A DNA stretch of 64,000 nt from Candidatus Falkowbacteria bacterium S5_I03 (GTDB taxonomy: Bacteria > Patescibacteriota > Patescibacteriia > Patescibacteriales > UBA12465), in NCBI GenBank assembly GCA_019248265.1, contig JAEHGX010000003.1:32617-96616 (forward strand). Direction: 5' to 3'. Shown here one piece after another: positions 44,800 to 53,072 of the stretch. The notes under the pieces were generated by a model, which was given only the letters and a program-made list of their open reading frames with translations, was not told the origin of the DNA and ran no database searches. A program made the translations under genes and the position numbers. The number at the start of each line of letters is the position of its first letter. Position 1 is the stretch's first letter.

Positions 44800-47700
44800 T
44801 CAATATGAATCATATGCACTATATTCTTCATCACTGTGTCTATTTATCATTCCATATATATCATCTGCTGCAACTTTACCATCTTTAATTTTTGTAGGTA
44901 TATATGACATATTCTTAGCTGGATAAATCACTTCTAATGCATTTATCATTGATAATAAGTCCATACCATCATCATGCTTACAGTTATGGATAACCATATT
45001 ATTTGAAGAAAAGTTATTTGTTCCTTTTACTTCAAAATCATAAACTGGTTCTATTTTTCTCTTTTCTATTTTTATTATTAAACTTGTACTTGCAACTATT
45101 TGAGCAATACTTGAATTTTGTAGTCTTTTCAATAAATTCTTTTCCACATTCTCTGCATGTGCATCTTGCAGTGAGCTTGTTTCTATCAATATCTCCACAT
45201 TCTTTTGAGCAAAACTTTCGTGAAGAGCTTCTAATTGTTTCAAATTCATTGTTGCACGACAAGCACAATCGAAACTCAACTTTACTTCTTCTGTTTTTTT
45301 CAGTATGTATTTTTCCGCACTCTTCTGAACAGCATATTTGATTTGCTGATTTTTGTTCAAATTCAGAATTGCATACAACACATTGCTTTGTAGTAAGTTC
45401 AGAATAGTTCTCATTTTTTTGAAGTTTACTGTGTTTTCCTCTGCATGATTCGCTACAGAATTTTGTTTCATTTTTAGCTTTATCATTGATTTCAAACTTA
45501 CAATTACAGTACGGACAAATCCTATTTTTGTCTCTGTTTTTTCTTTTTTCTTCTCTTTTTGAACTTTCATAATCTCTTCTTTGTTCTCTATTGTGCCAGT
45601 GTTTTTTTCCTCCAACATGCATAAGCTGATGATCTTCAGGCGATAATATTTCAAGATTAGAAGGTTCGTTATTGTCTTTATTTTCATCTTTATGATGAAC
45701 TTCATATCCTTTTTTAATTTCTCCATTTTCTCTTTCATATATTTCACGATGAAGCCATTTTCTTTTTCCATTAATTGATGTTGTTGATTGATAATATCCA
45801 CTTTTTTGTCTTGTCCATTTGTATCCATATTTGATAATTTGCATTCTATATTCCTAATTATTAAGTCAGTAGACGTCAAATCTTTTACCATAACATATCC
45901 TCTCATGGTTAGAACCTTATGCTCAGCAGTAAGGTGCATCTCTCCATCAATTGTTGTTATAGTATAGGTTTGTTCTACTCCTGTAATTATAGGATTACTT
46001 GCCTTAGAGTTTACTGACGTATAGCCATTTTGTGTCAAAACACTATCATTATGTCTTATGTCGCTCATCATTATTTTTCCATTTGGAGTATCAACAAGCG
46101 TGTCTCCACTAACACAGTTGAATCTTGTATAGCTTGTATATCTAATTTCATCCATTAATTCAACCATATCAGGACTATGTCTCAATTCTTCAGGGAAGAA
46201 TATTTTTCTATTCTGAAACATTGGTAACATCATTCTCATTCTCCAATGTTTGCTTCCACCTTCAAGTCTTGATAATATTCCCTCAGCGCCAGGTTGAGAG
46301 CCTCTTTGTCTAGCAATAGTGAAATAATTCATTCTTTGTCTCATTCTATCTTTTAAGGCATGTATATGTGGTCTCTGATTACCATCAACCTCTACACCAA
46401 CTTCAAATGTTTTATTCTCTGGAGTGTATGTGTCTACAAACCTAAACACTTCATTGTACTGTTGCTCTGTTTCTTGCCTTCGAAGACATAAATCTAACAT
46501 AAACCAGTCCTGATTATGATTTACAGCCCACACAGCTATACCACTTAAATCTGAACCTTTATTACCAGTTGTTGTAAAGTCTGTAGTCATATATAAATTA
46601 TATGCATATAAGTTTTTTAATATATCTGTACGCTTATACCATTGGCTTTCAAGCAATTTATCAGGAATCAATTTATCTTCCTCTGAGCTAATTCTAAGCA
46701 TTAACTCTTGCATGAACTCTCTTAGCGTATCTCCATAATAAGCATCTTCATATTTCTCCATAATTGCTTCAAAAGGCTTCATAGCTTCCCATGAACCACG
46801 GTATTCACTCTTAGGCATGTCTAAATATATCTTTTCACATACTGGTAAGCAAACAGGTGTCCAAACTCCACCCTCAAGCGCAGCATAAACTGGATCTTTT
46901 TTATTAAATGGCGTATTAACAATTATAATTTTACCTTTTTTACCTAGTGCATTCTCTGCATCTGAGTAAATCATAGACTTTAACTTAGCCATAATAATAG
47001 CTGAACCAGCATCTGCTTCGTTCTTTATAATATCATCGAAAGTAAAGCAGTTTTTAGACCTACCAAATGCCGTAATATAGGTACTTTTTGGCTCATTTCC
47101 TCTTGTTCTATCTTTGATTGTTATTGGCACAACTTTTAAATCTTTAACTTCATTTGATTCTTTAAACTGTCTCCACAACATTCCATCTTTTATATGTACT
47201 TGTTTAAAGTGTACTTTCTTGCTAGCCGATACATCTATTCCTAAAACTTCTTTTACATTCTCTACTAATCTTAATTCCCATTGATGATTTATATCGTGTT
47301 CTCTTCCAGTTGATGTGAACACTTGCTTTCCAGCTTTTTTAGTATTTCTAATATATGTTGGTAACCCAAGCCTGCTACATATAACTTGCAATTGCTTTAA
47401 AACATTTAGATTTACACTGTTTATTCTAACCTGTTGAGAAGTTTTTTTGTTATCTATGTATCCATCTGCTGCTATATACCCAAGCAATATTTGCTTTTGT
47501 TTTTCAAAATCTAACTTTAATATCCAATCTGGCATATTCTTAATACTATTTCCATTTTTGTGTGATGCTAACCATCTTGCTATTGCTGAATGATTTGCTA
47601 TGTATAAATCACATCCAGCTCCTTTTACAGTACTTACTCCTTTATTGTACTTACTAAAGAACTCTTTTATTTTTTCTGCTATTTTTGGCTGAGTATGTGC

Positions 47701-48999
47701 AACACTCCATCCAAAACTATTATATTTGTATATTCCTTCTTTATGTTTGTTTTTACCATGAATTTGACCATCCCCAAGCCATAATCCATATAACCACCAC
47801 CATTCATTATCATTGAAATATTCTGGAACTTTATATTCAGGAACATATTCTGTATTTACTATCGAACCATTTTCTCTTCTTTCTGTTATATTGCTAATAA
47901 GATGCTCTATTGCTTTGACATCTTCAACTCTATAATCTATAGGACTTCCTAGCCAATGTCTTCTTGTTATGTTTTTAGCTTCGCACCATTCTGGCGCTTC
48001 TTCAATATAATTTTTAACTAATCTCTTTTCAGATTTACTCCATATCTGATCATTTGTACATTTTTTTGTCCAATATTTATGATCTTTTGTAACTCTTTCT
48101 GATTCAGTTAATCCAAATAATTTTATTTCTAATCCATCTTCTATATGTACACCATGATTAAACGGATATTCTTCAACTCTCATTATTCCTAAATCTGTTT
48201 CAATTATTGTTCCAACTTCATGACATTGAGGTCTCTCAGTTTTATACCTAATACCCCTTACTGACCCACCAGCTGCTCCTTTAACCTTAAACATGAAGCA
48301 TCTTTTCTTAATAGGTAATGGATTTTTTGGATCATCTTTTCTAATGAACTCACATTCTTCATCAGTAAACCTCATTTTCTCGAAATAGTCTTTGCAGAAC
48401 AAACTATCTTCGCATATATCTCTAATCGTATTTGCTTGTACTTTAGCTCCAGCTTGTTGTGAATCTCCAAATGAAACCCAGAACATTACATCACCAAAAT
48501 TTGGCATCTTACCAGTTATAGCTGTAACAATTGGCATAAATGCAGTAATTATTGTAGATTTTGCAGAAAAACGACTAGCGATAATAGCTATTTTTTTGCT
48601 ATTTAATCTAATTTTTTCGTTAATTTCTTGGCTATATGGAAAATTTTCTCTCTTGATGTTTCCATAAACAAGGTCAACAAGGAAGTAATGCATTAATGCA
48701 TTATCTGTCTCAAAATCTTCTCCATAAACAAGCCTCATAATATTGAAAAACTCTATTGCATCTCTACTTGGTGTGTATCCATTAAATGTTAAATCTATAC
48801 AATCTAATGCTTTATCAACATTAAACTCATATCGTTCATGTTTTTTAGGAATTATCTCTTTTGGAGCTTCTTCTATTCCTTCCTCTACAGCTTTTTCATA
48901 AGCTTTCCAGTTTTCATAGGCAATACTATCGTCACCTTCAATCTCTGGACTCACATTTGGATTAATTATCTCTATTTCTGGCGCTTTGCTAGTTTCCAT
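44800..48999 (-). CDS. terL: terminase large subunit precursor interrupted by two inteins (1,399 aa; about 629 aa after splicing)
   Basis: A Walker-A-like segment IIASRFSAKST lies at aa 141-149. After removal of intein 1 the junction reads RGIRYKTERPQ-CFTFDDI (Walker B-like hhhhDD). After removal of intein 2 it reads TRFN-CKHDDGMD (nuclease acidic motif). Confidence 0.75.
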   Translation of the reverse strand: METSKAPEIEIINPNVSPEIEGDDSIAYENWKAYEKAVEEGIEEAPKEIIPKKHERYEFNVDKALDCIDLTFNGYTPSRDAIEFFNIMRLVYGEDFETDNALMHYFLVDLVYGNIKRENFPYSQEINEKIRLNSKKIAIIASRFSAKSTIITAFMPIVTAITGKMPNFGDVMFWVSFGDSQQAGAKVQANTIRDICEDSLFCKDYFEKMRFTDEECEFIRKDDPKNPLPIKKRCFMFKVKGAAGGSVRGIRYKTERPQCHEVGTIIETDLGIMRVEEYPFNHGVHIEDGLEIKLFGLTESERVTKDHKYWTKKCTNDQIWSKSEKRLVKNYIEEAPEWCEAKNITRRHWLGSPIDYRVEDVKAIEHLISNITERRENGSIVNTEYVPEYKVPEYFNDNEWWWLYGLWLGDGQIHGKNKHKEGIYKYNSFGWSVAHTQPKIAEKIKEFFSKYNKGVSTVKGAGCDLYIANHSAIARWLASHKNGNSIKNMPDWILKLDFEKQKQILLGYIAADGYIDNKKTSQQVRINSVNLNVLKQLQVICSRLGLPTYIRNTKKAGKQVFTSTGREHDINHQWELRLVENVKEVLGIDVSASKKVHFKQVHIKDGMLWRQFKESNEVKDLKVVPITIKDRTRGNEPKSTYITAFGRSKNCFTFDDIIKNEADAGSAIIMAKLKSMIYSDAENALGKKGKIIIVNTPFNKKDPVYAALEGGVWTPVCLPVCEKIYLDMPKSEYRGSWEAMKPFEAIMEKYEDAYYGDTLREFMQELMLRISSEEDKLIPDKLLESQWYKRTDILKNLYAYNLYMTTDFTTTGNKGSDLSGIAVWAVNHNQDWFMLDLCLRRQETEQQYNEVFRFVDTYTPENKTFEVGVEVDGNQRPHIHALKDRMRQRMNYFTIARQRGSQPGAEGILSRLEGGSKHWRMRMMLPMFQNRKIFFPEELRHSPDMVELMDEIRYTSYTRFNCVSGDTLVDTPNGKIMMSDIRHNDSVLTQNGYTSVNSKASNPIITGVEQTYTITTIDGEMHLTAEHKVLTMRGYVMVKDLTSTDLIIRNIECKLSNMDTNGQDKKVDIINQQHQLMEKENGFIVKYMKEKMEKLKKDMKFIIKMKIKTITNLLILKYYRLKIISLCMLEEKNTGTIENKEEIMKVQKEKKKEKTETKIGFVRTVIVSLKSMIKLKMKQNSVANHAEENTVNFKKMRTILNLLQSNVLYAILNLNKNQQIKYAVQKSAEKYILKKTEEVKLSFDCACRATMNLKQLEALHESFAQKNVEILIETSSLQDAHAENVEKNLLKRLQNSSIAQIVASTSLIIKIEKRKIEPVYDFEVKGTNNFSSNNMVIHNCKHDDGMDLLSMINALEVIYPAKNMSYIPTKIKDGKVAADDIYGMINRHSDEEYSAYDSY
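44983..46116 (-). mobile_element. intein 2 (378 aa), mini-intein splicing blocks flanking an invaded insert
   Basis: It starts at Cys962 (CVSGDTLVDTPNG) and has block B TAEH. Blocks F/G read VYDFEVKGTNNFSSNNMVIHN, followed by the +1 Cys1340. Confidence 0.75.
45038..45844 (-). CDS. HNH endonuclease with four CxxC...C..C zinc-ribbon repeats, nested in intein 2 in a different reading frame
   Basis: The HNH core is YEVHHKDENKDNNEPSNLEILSPEDHQLMH. The repeats are CPYCNCKFE..FCSESC, CVVCNSEFE..CCSEEC, CLSCNNEFE..FCSKEC and CRECGKEFIE..YCSNSC. The frame offset from terL is 2 nt, since (48999-45844) mod 3 = 2. Confidence 0.7.
   Translation of the reverse strand: MQIIKYGYKWTRQKSGYYQSTTSINGKRKWLHREIYERENGEIKKGYEVHHKDENKDNNEPSNLEILSPEDHQLMHVGGKKHWHNREQRRDYESSKREEKRKNRDKNRICPYCNCKFEINDKAKNETKFCSESCRGKHSKLQKNENYSELTTKQCVVCNSEFEQKSANQICCSEECGKIHTEKNRRSKVEFRLCLSCNNEFETIRSSSRKFCSKECGDIDRNKLTARCTCRECGKEFIEKTTKFKYCSNSCKYKFNNKNRKEKNRTSL
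47050..48225 (-). mobile_element. intein 1 (392 aa) with a LAGLIDADG homing endonuclease
   Basis: It starts with Cys259 (CHEVGT) and has block B TKDH. LAGLIDADG motifs are LYGLWLGDG and LLGYIAADGY. It ends ...GRSKN followed by the +1 Cys651. The penultimate His is absent. Confidence 0.7.
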
Positions 49000-49049
49000 T
49001 TGTTCTTCCTACTGGAGATATTATTATAATTAAATCTTCATCATTCATT

Positions 49050-49817
49050 TTATCTATCCTCTACTTCAGCATCTATAACTTGCTCAGCTTTTATTCCTAA
49101 TCTTTGAATATCTGTTATTGAAGCGCCAGATTGCATCTTAGCCATCTGAATGTCTGCAGTTCTTCTAAGTTGCTCAAACAATGATTCTTGAATACTTTTG
49201 CTTTCATCATCCATTCCAACCTTTAGATTTATATTCATATCTTCAGGCATTGTAGTCATCTCAATTATGGTTTTTGCTGCATTATATTGAACCATAGGAC
49301 CAGCTTTTTCACCTTCATTTGCACCTTTTCCTTCCATAAGCTCAACCAATCTTTCCATAGCTCTTCTATTCTCTGGCATATACTGAATACAAGCTGATAA
49401 AAGCATAGCTTTATCTATTTCAACAACCAAATCTGACTTATTAAACATTGATACATGATTATCTACTTGCTTCCCAGCACTCACAAGCTCATTATATTTC
49501 TTAGGGAACACTATAGACCAAGCTTTTTCATTTGTCATATTTTGCTTTAGATTACAAAACTTTAATGCATTTATTAATTTCTCAATACCAACACCTTGCC
49601 TACCTTTTAACAGGTGCATATTTGACATAAGCTTCTCTTCCATGTACTCTTGAGGCAATCCTGTATCTTCTTCCATATTATTAATTATCTTCAATATATC
49701 TTCTGTTACAGCTGTAGCACAACCTTTTGGTATCATCTGCTTTAATCTTTCAGATGTTATAAACTGTCCACTATCTGGCTCTACAAACCCAGGCTCTATC
49801 TTTTCAATTTCACTCAT
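49050..49817 (-). CDS. hypothetical 255-aa protein directly upstream of terL (possible small terminase subunit)
   Basis: Positional inference only. Confidence 0.35.
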   Translation of the reverse strand: MSEIEKIEPGFVEPDSGQFITSERLKQMIPKGCATAVTEDILKIINNMEEDTGLPQEYMEEKLMSNMHLLKGRQGVGIEKLINALKFCNLKQNMTNEKAWSIVFPKKYNELVSAGKQVDNHVSMFNKSDLVVEIDKAMLLSACIQYMPENRRAMERLVELMEGKGANEGEKAGPMVQYNAAKTIIEMTTMPEDMNINLKVGMDDESKSIQESLFEQLRRTADIQMAKMQSGASITDIQRLGIKAEQVIDAEVEDR

Positions 49818-49834
49818 ATTTATCTCCTTTTATT

Positions 49835-50080
49835 TTATGAAAATACTTTACTGCAATAATTACACCTGTAATCATAAACACTATTTCTTAGTCTAACAAT
49901 ATCAATACTTTTACAATAAGGACATAGCGATGTATTCTCAATGTTAAAGTTTATACTTCTAGCCATTGTTCGTATTCCAGAACTTAAGTTCTTTTCTCCA
50001 TTGTTCTTCAAGCTATATGCTTCTATTATATCTATTGTATCTTGATCTAACGATACATTTCTTCGTATTTTATTTTTCAT
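49835..50080 (-). CDS. small DNA-binding-type protein: RHH-like N-terminus plus C-terminal zinc ribbon
   Basis: RRNVSLDQDTIDIIEAY is CopG/RHH-like. CPYC...CNYC forms a zinc ribbon. It is the first gene of the leftward block after a divergent intergenic region. Confidence 0.45.
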   Translation of the reverse strand: MKNKIRRNVSLDQDTIDIIEAYSLKNNGEKNLSSGIRTMARSINFNIENTSLCPYCKSIDIVRLRNSVYDYRCNYCSKVFS

Positions 50081-50187
50081 TTATTTATTATATCTCCATT
50101 TTATACACATTAAATGTTCACATTATACATAACTTAAGTTTAAGTAAACATTATGTAGAATATTTTCACATTAATCAAGGATATTTT

Positions 50188-50379
50188 ATGAACATCTCAA
50201 TAACTCTAACTACTGGCGCTCACTTTGAGTATAACAATGCTGAAACAATAAAAACATCTGCAACCCAAACAGTTATATCTTCATCTGAATCAACACTTGC
50301 AATACTAGATAATGAATCTATCGAAAAGATGGAAATATCTGCATCACATAAATGTGTTAATTTTAGTTCTAGGATTTAG
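50188..50379 (+). CDS. hypothetical 63-aa protein
   Basis: An internal ATG of ORF-track entry 49966..50379 is preceded by AAGGA. The upstream part of the track ORF is low-complexity and overlaps a minus-strand gene. Confidence 0.4.
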   Translation: MNISITLTTGAHFEYNNAETIKTSATQTVISSSESTLAILDNESIEKMEISASHKCVNFSSRI

Positions 50380-50381
50380 CA

Positions 50382-50627
50382 ATGAACTTTATAAATAGAA
50401 CATCTATTGAAGATGTAAATGGAATACCAACAATATATAATGATGGAAAATGCAAACATAACTCTTTTGAAGCTGAATTACTTCTAGATATTGATGTATT
50501 GGATTCTAGTGTATCGTTTAGAATAACAGGATATGGATCAACAGAACAAGAGGCAATTGAAGAATTTAATAAAAATCTACAAAAGCTTGAATTTGAAATT
50601 GCAAATAAATTCTTATCGCTTAAATAG
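50382..50627 (+). CDS. hypothetical 81-aa protein
   Basis: Normal composition. It is preferred over the antisense ORF 50369..50773. Confidence 0.5.
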   Translation: MNFINRTSIEDVNGIPTIYNDGKCKHNSFEAELLLDIDVLDSSVSFRITGYGSTEQEAIEEFNKNLQKLEFEIANKFLSLK

Positions 50628-50639
50628 GATTTAACCTTT

Positions 50640-51002
50640 CTAAGCGCCAGATAAGTATGACCATAGAGCATCACAGCATTCTTTATATAATGAACAAGTT
50701 GTATATGCTCTATATTCATCACATTCAAAATCATGAGCTTCCATAATAAATGTAACAGCATGAACAACTTCATGTAGCAATGTAAGCTTTACATCATCTA
50801 TATTATCTTTCTTCTTTAATCCAATAATCAACTTTCTATATCCATCTACTTCATAGTAGAACGATGTGCATTGTCCAGTTGTTGCTGGACTTATTCTACA
50901 TTCCAAGTTGTACTTCTCTAGCATCTTCCTGTAATCTTTTAATCCATAACACAGTATCAATTCATCGTACATCAAATGTTTTAACTTTATCTTCTTTATC
51001 AT
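50640..51002 (-). CDS. small HExxH metallopeptidase-like protein (120 aa)
   Basis: LTLLHEVVHAVTFIME (HEVVH at 50760-50774) has the same HE..HA context as the modules in the two giant virion proteins. Confidence 0.45.
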   Translation of the reverse strand: MIKKIKLKHLMYDELILCYGLKDYRKMLEKYNLECRISPATTGQCTSFYYEVDGYRKLIIGLKKKDNIDDVKLTLLHEVVHAVTFIMEAHDFECDEYRAYTTCSLYKECCDALWSYLSGA

Positions 51003-51047
51003 TTTATTTTCCTATTTATTTTTTCTATACTGCGTATAGTGCTTATG

Positions 51048-51124
51048 TTGCACACTTTACTGCACCGCTCTCCAAAATGCTCGCTGTCGCTCGACATTTT
51101 GTCGTTTGCGCAGCCAGTGTGCAA
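51048..51124. other. GC-rich structured element C (paralogue of element B)
   Basis: The 9-bp outer stem is TTGCACACT / AGTGTGCAA. Conserved blocks TGCACCGCTCTC (51061-51072) and TCGTTTGCGC (51102-51111) lie at the same 4-nt distance from the stem as in B. The inner stem is CAAAATG/CATTTTG. Confidence 0.6.
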
Positions 51125-51138
51125 AGTGTTTGGATGAT

Positions 51139-51888
51139 TTATTGTTTACCTATGTATTTAGCAAGTATTCTTTTTGCTATTTCAATTGAATCATCTATTC
51201 CGCATTTGTTTACAAGTTCAGTCATTGAATCATTTATGAATTCATTTTCTGATTCTGTATATTTAAAGTCTTTAGGTTTTCCAAGCCTAGACATTCTATC
51301 TTCTTTTAAATATGAATTTATTGTTCTAAGATTATTTGTATAATTTGGCATTATTGAACTACCTATATTAAACTTGTTTCCATTAAACAAAAATTCTATT
51401 AGGTCCGGCGCTCTTTCAGATAATGTTTTTACTTCACTTAGATTAGTTCTTGTTACTCCAAATTTTTCAGCAGCTGTTCCTTGGCTAACTTTTGTTGATT
51501 CATTTAATGATTGCTCAACATAATAATTGTAAGCCATAATTGCTCTTTGTGTTGGAGTCTGGTGTCTTCTTGTTTCAAGGCTTAGCACTTGACTCTCTAT
51601 GTCTGATTCAGACAGTCCTTCTTCAACAACTGATTTTATTGTTGTTTCACATAATTCAACAGCTGCTCTTAATCTATGTCTTCCGTCATACATATCATAT
51701 TCTATCCCATCAGGTCTATCAATATCTATCTTTAATAGTTTAACTGGCTCAAGCTGACCATTTGTTCTTATATCCAATTTAAATGCTTCATAGCATGCAT
51801 CATCCATCATTGGTGTAAGCTTTGCATATTTATGTATTCTTATTTTTGATATATCAATTTGCTGTACATTTATAGTATTTTTATTCAT
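51139..51888 (-). CDS. ParB-like nuclease-domain protein (second copy of the fold)
   Basis: NGQLEPVKLL...YDMYDGRHRLRAAVE matches the ParB/Srx motif. I prefer the start at ATG 51888 (AAGGA upstream) over the track start at 52005. Confidence 0.55.
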   Translation of the reverse strand: MNKNTINVQQIDISKIRIHKYAKLTPMMDDACYEAFKLDIRTNGQLEPVKLLKIDIDRPDGIEYDMYDGRHRLRAAVELCETTIKSVVEEGLSESDIESQVLSLETRRHQTPTQRAIMAYNYYVEQSLNESTKVSQGTAAEKFGVTRTNLSEVKTLSERAPDLIEFLFNGNKFNIGSSIMPNYTNNLRTINSYLKEDRMSRLGKPKDFKYTESENEFINDSMTELVNKCGIDDSIEIAKRILAKYIGKQ

Positions 51889-51906
51889 ATCTATTCCTTG
51901 CTTATT

Positions 51907-52012
51907 TGTTCCCATATTATATCTTATTTTAGGAACAATGTCAATATTAATATGGTGTTCCTGCGGGAACACTTTTACGACACTCGATTTATATGTTGTT
52001 CCCAAAGGAACA
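51907..52012. promoter_or_regulatory. three TGTTCC...GGAACA inverted repeats (operator-like)
   Basis: The repeats are TTGTTCC (51907)/GGAACAA (51932), GTGTTCC-tgcg-GGAACAC (51955-51972), and TTGTTCC-caaa-GGAACA (51996-52012). They lie upstream of the ParB-like gene. Confidence 0.5.
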
Positions 52013-52556
52013 TCTTTGATTTATTATATATAATGTTCTATATATAAGGACAATCATGTTGCAACATTACTTTCTGCACTGGCGCTTTGTGGATTGATTG
52101 GTATACCTATTAGTGCTACTTTGATACTTAATTGTATCTTAAGTATGTATGCTAGAATGTAGGCAATTGCCCGGTTGAGAAAACTAGACAACTTTTTTAC
52201 AAATATTGGCAGGCGCAACCATATTGCATTATATATTATAAGCCAAGGCAGAATGTGACCTATGTCTGCCAAATTGTGTTATGTAAGTATGTAATATATG
52301 CTTAAGCCAACTTTAAGGTTATGCTATACGCATATGTAAATTTTTTTTTTGAAGACTTATAGTTACTGCTAAAAGACAAATACTAAATTGCCTACCCCCC
52401 GTACTTCTAGTTTGCCTATGGTTGTTATTTTGGGTTGTCTCTATACTGGCGCTCATCTCTATCTGGCGCTTACTTCAACCATCTCATCTGCTCATCTATG
52501 TCTTCCCTTAGATGGAGTGGTAAGCTTAGGCTTATACATTAATCTAAGGATTTATT

Positions 52557-52913
52557 ATGAATTATTCAAATGCTGTTGTAACTGTTAAAGAAAATGTTGT
52601 TGTTGATGAGTCTATCTTCTCTGCACCTTTGTATGCTAAGCTTATGCTAAGAAAAGGTATGACTTTTGATGATGCTATTGCTTCTCCATCTCTTGAGAAC
52701 TTCATTGTTTCAGAGAAGGGTCTTCATATTAGATGTGAAGCTTTCTCTGTGTCTACTATAACTGGAGCTGTTGTGTCTCATGAAAATTCACTATGGTGTA
52801 ACCTATCTATTGATTCTAAGATTCTAGTAAACAAGAATTCTAAGATGTTCTTTGCTGAACTTATTCCATACCAATTCAAACTTGAAGATGCTGAAGAAAT
52901 CAGCTTATTCTAA
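52557..52913 (+). CDS. hypothetical 118-aa protein (first gene of the rightward block)
   Basis: Has a TAAGGA RBS and is followed by a strong terminator. Confidence 0.55.
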   Translation: MNYSNAVVTVKENVVVDESIFSAPLYAKLMLRKGMTFDDAIASPSLENFIVSEKGLHIRCEAFSVSTITGAVVSHENSLWCNLSIDSKILVNKNSKMFFAELIPYQFKLEDAEEISLF

Positions 52914-52914
52914 T

Positions 52915-52947
52915 AATCTAACCTTCGGGTTAGGTTATCTTTTTTTT
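52915..52947 (+). terminator. rho-independent terminator
   Basis: AATCTAACC-ttcg-GGTTAGGTT gives a 9-bp stem with one G-U pair, followed by ATCTTTTTTTT. Confidence 0.75.
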
Positions 52948-52950
52948 CTA

Positions 52951-53072
52951 CCACACTCTCTAGCCACACTTCAACCACACAAGAAACGCATATAATGTTT
53001 AAACATATAATGTTTCACATGAAACAAAGCGCCAGTATCAAGAAACCACACTTGCTTACGCCATTTCCACAC
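52951..53072 (+). promoter_or_regulatory. repeat-rich putative early promoter/operator region
   Basis: CCACAC occurs 5 times in one orientation (52951, 52964, 52975, 53046, 53067). CATATAATGTTT occurs in tandem (52989-53000 and 53004-53015), each copy with a perfect TATAAT. Confidence 0.45.

Noticed and set aside
50369-50773. A 134-aa minus-strand ORF.
   Set aside because: It overlaps both the + strand ORF 50382..50627 (normal composition) and the HExxH gene 50640..51002 in another frame, and it has a Leu/Ser/Ile-rich composition.
52054-52588. ORFs 52054..52272 (-) and 52388..52588 (+) lie in the large divergent intergenic region.
   Set aside because: Neither has a convincing RBS and both have odd compositions. 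They overlap repeats and octamer copies, and the second overlaps the start of the well-supported gene at 52557. I treat the region as non-coding with low certainty.
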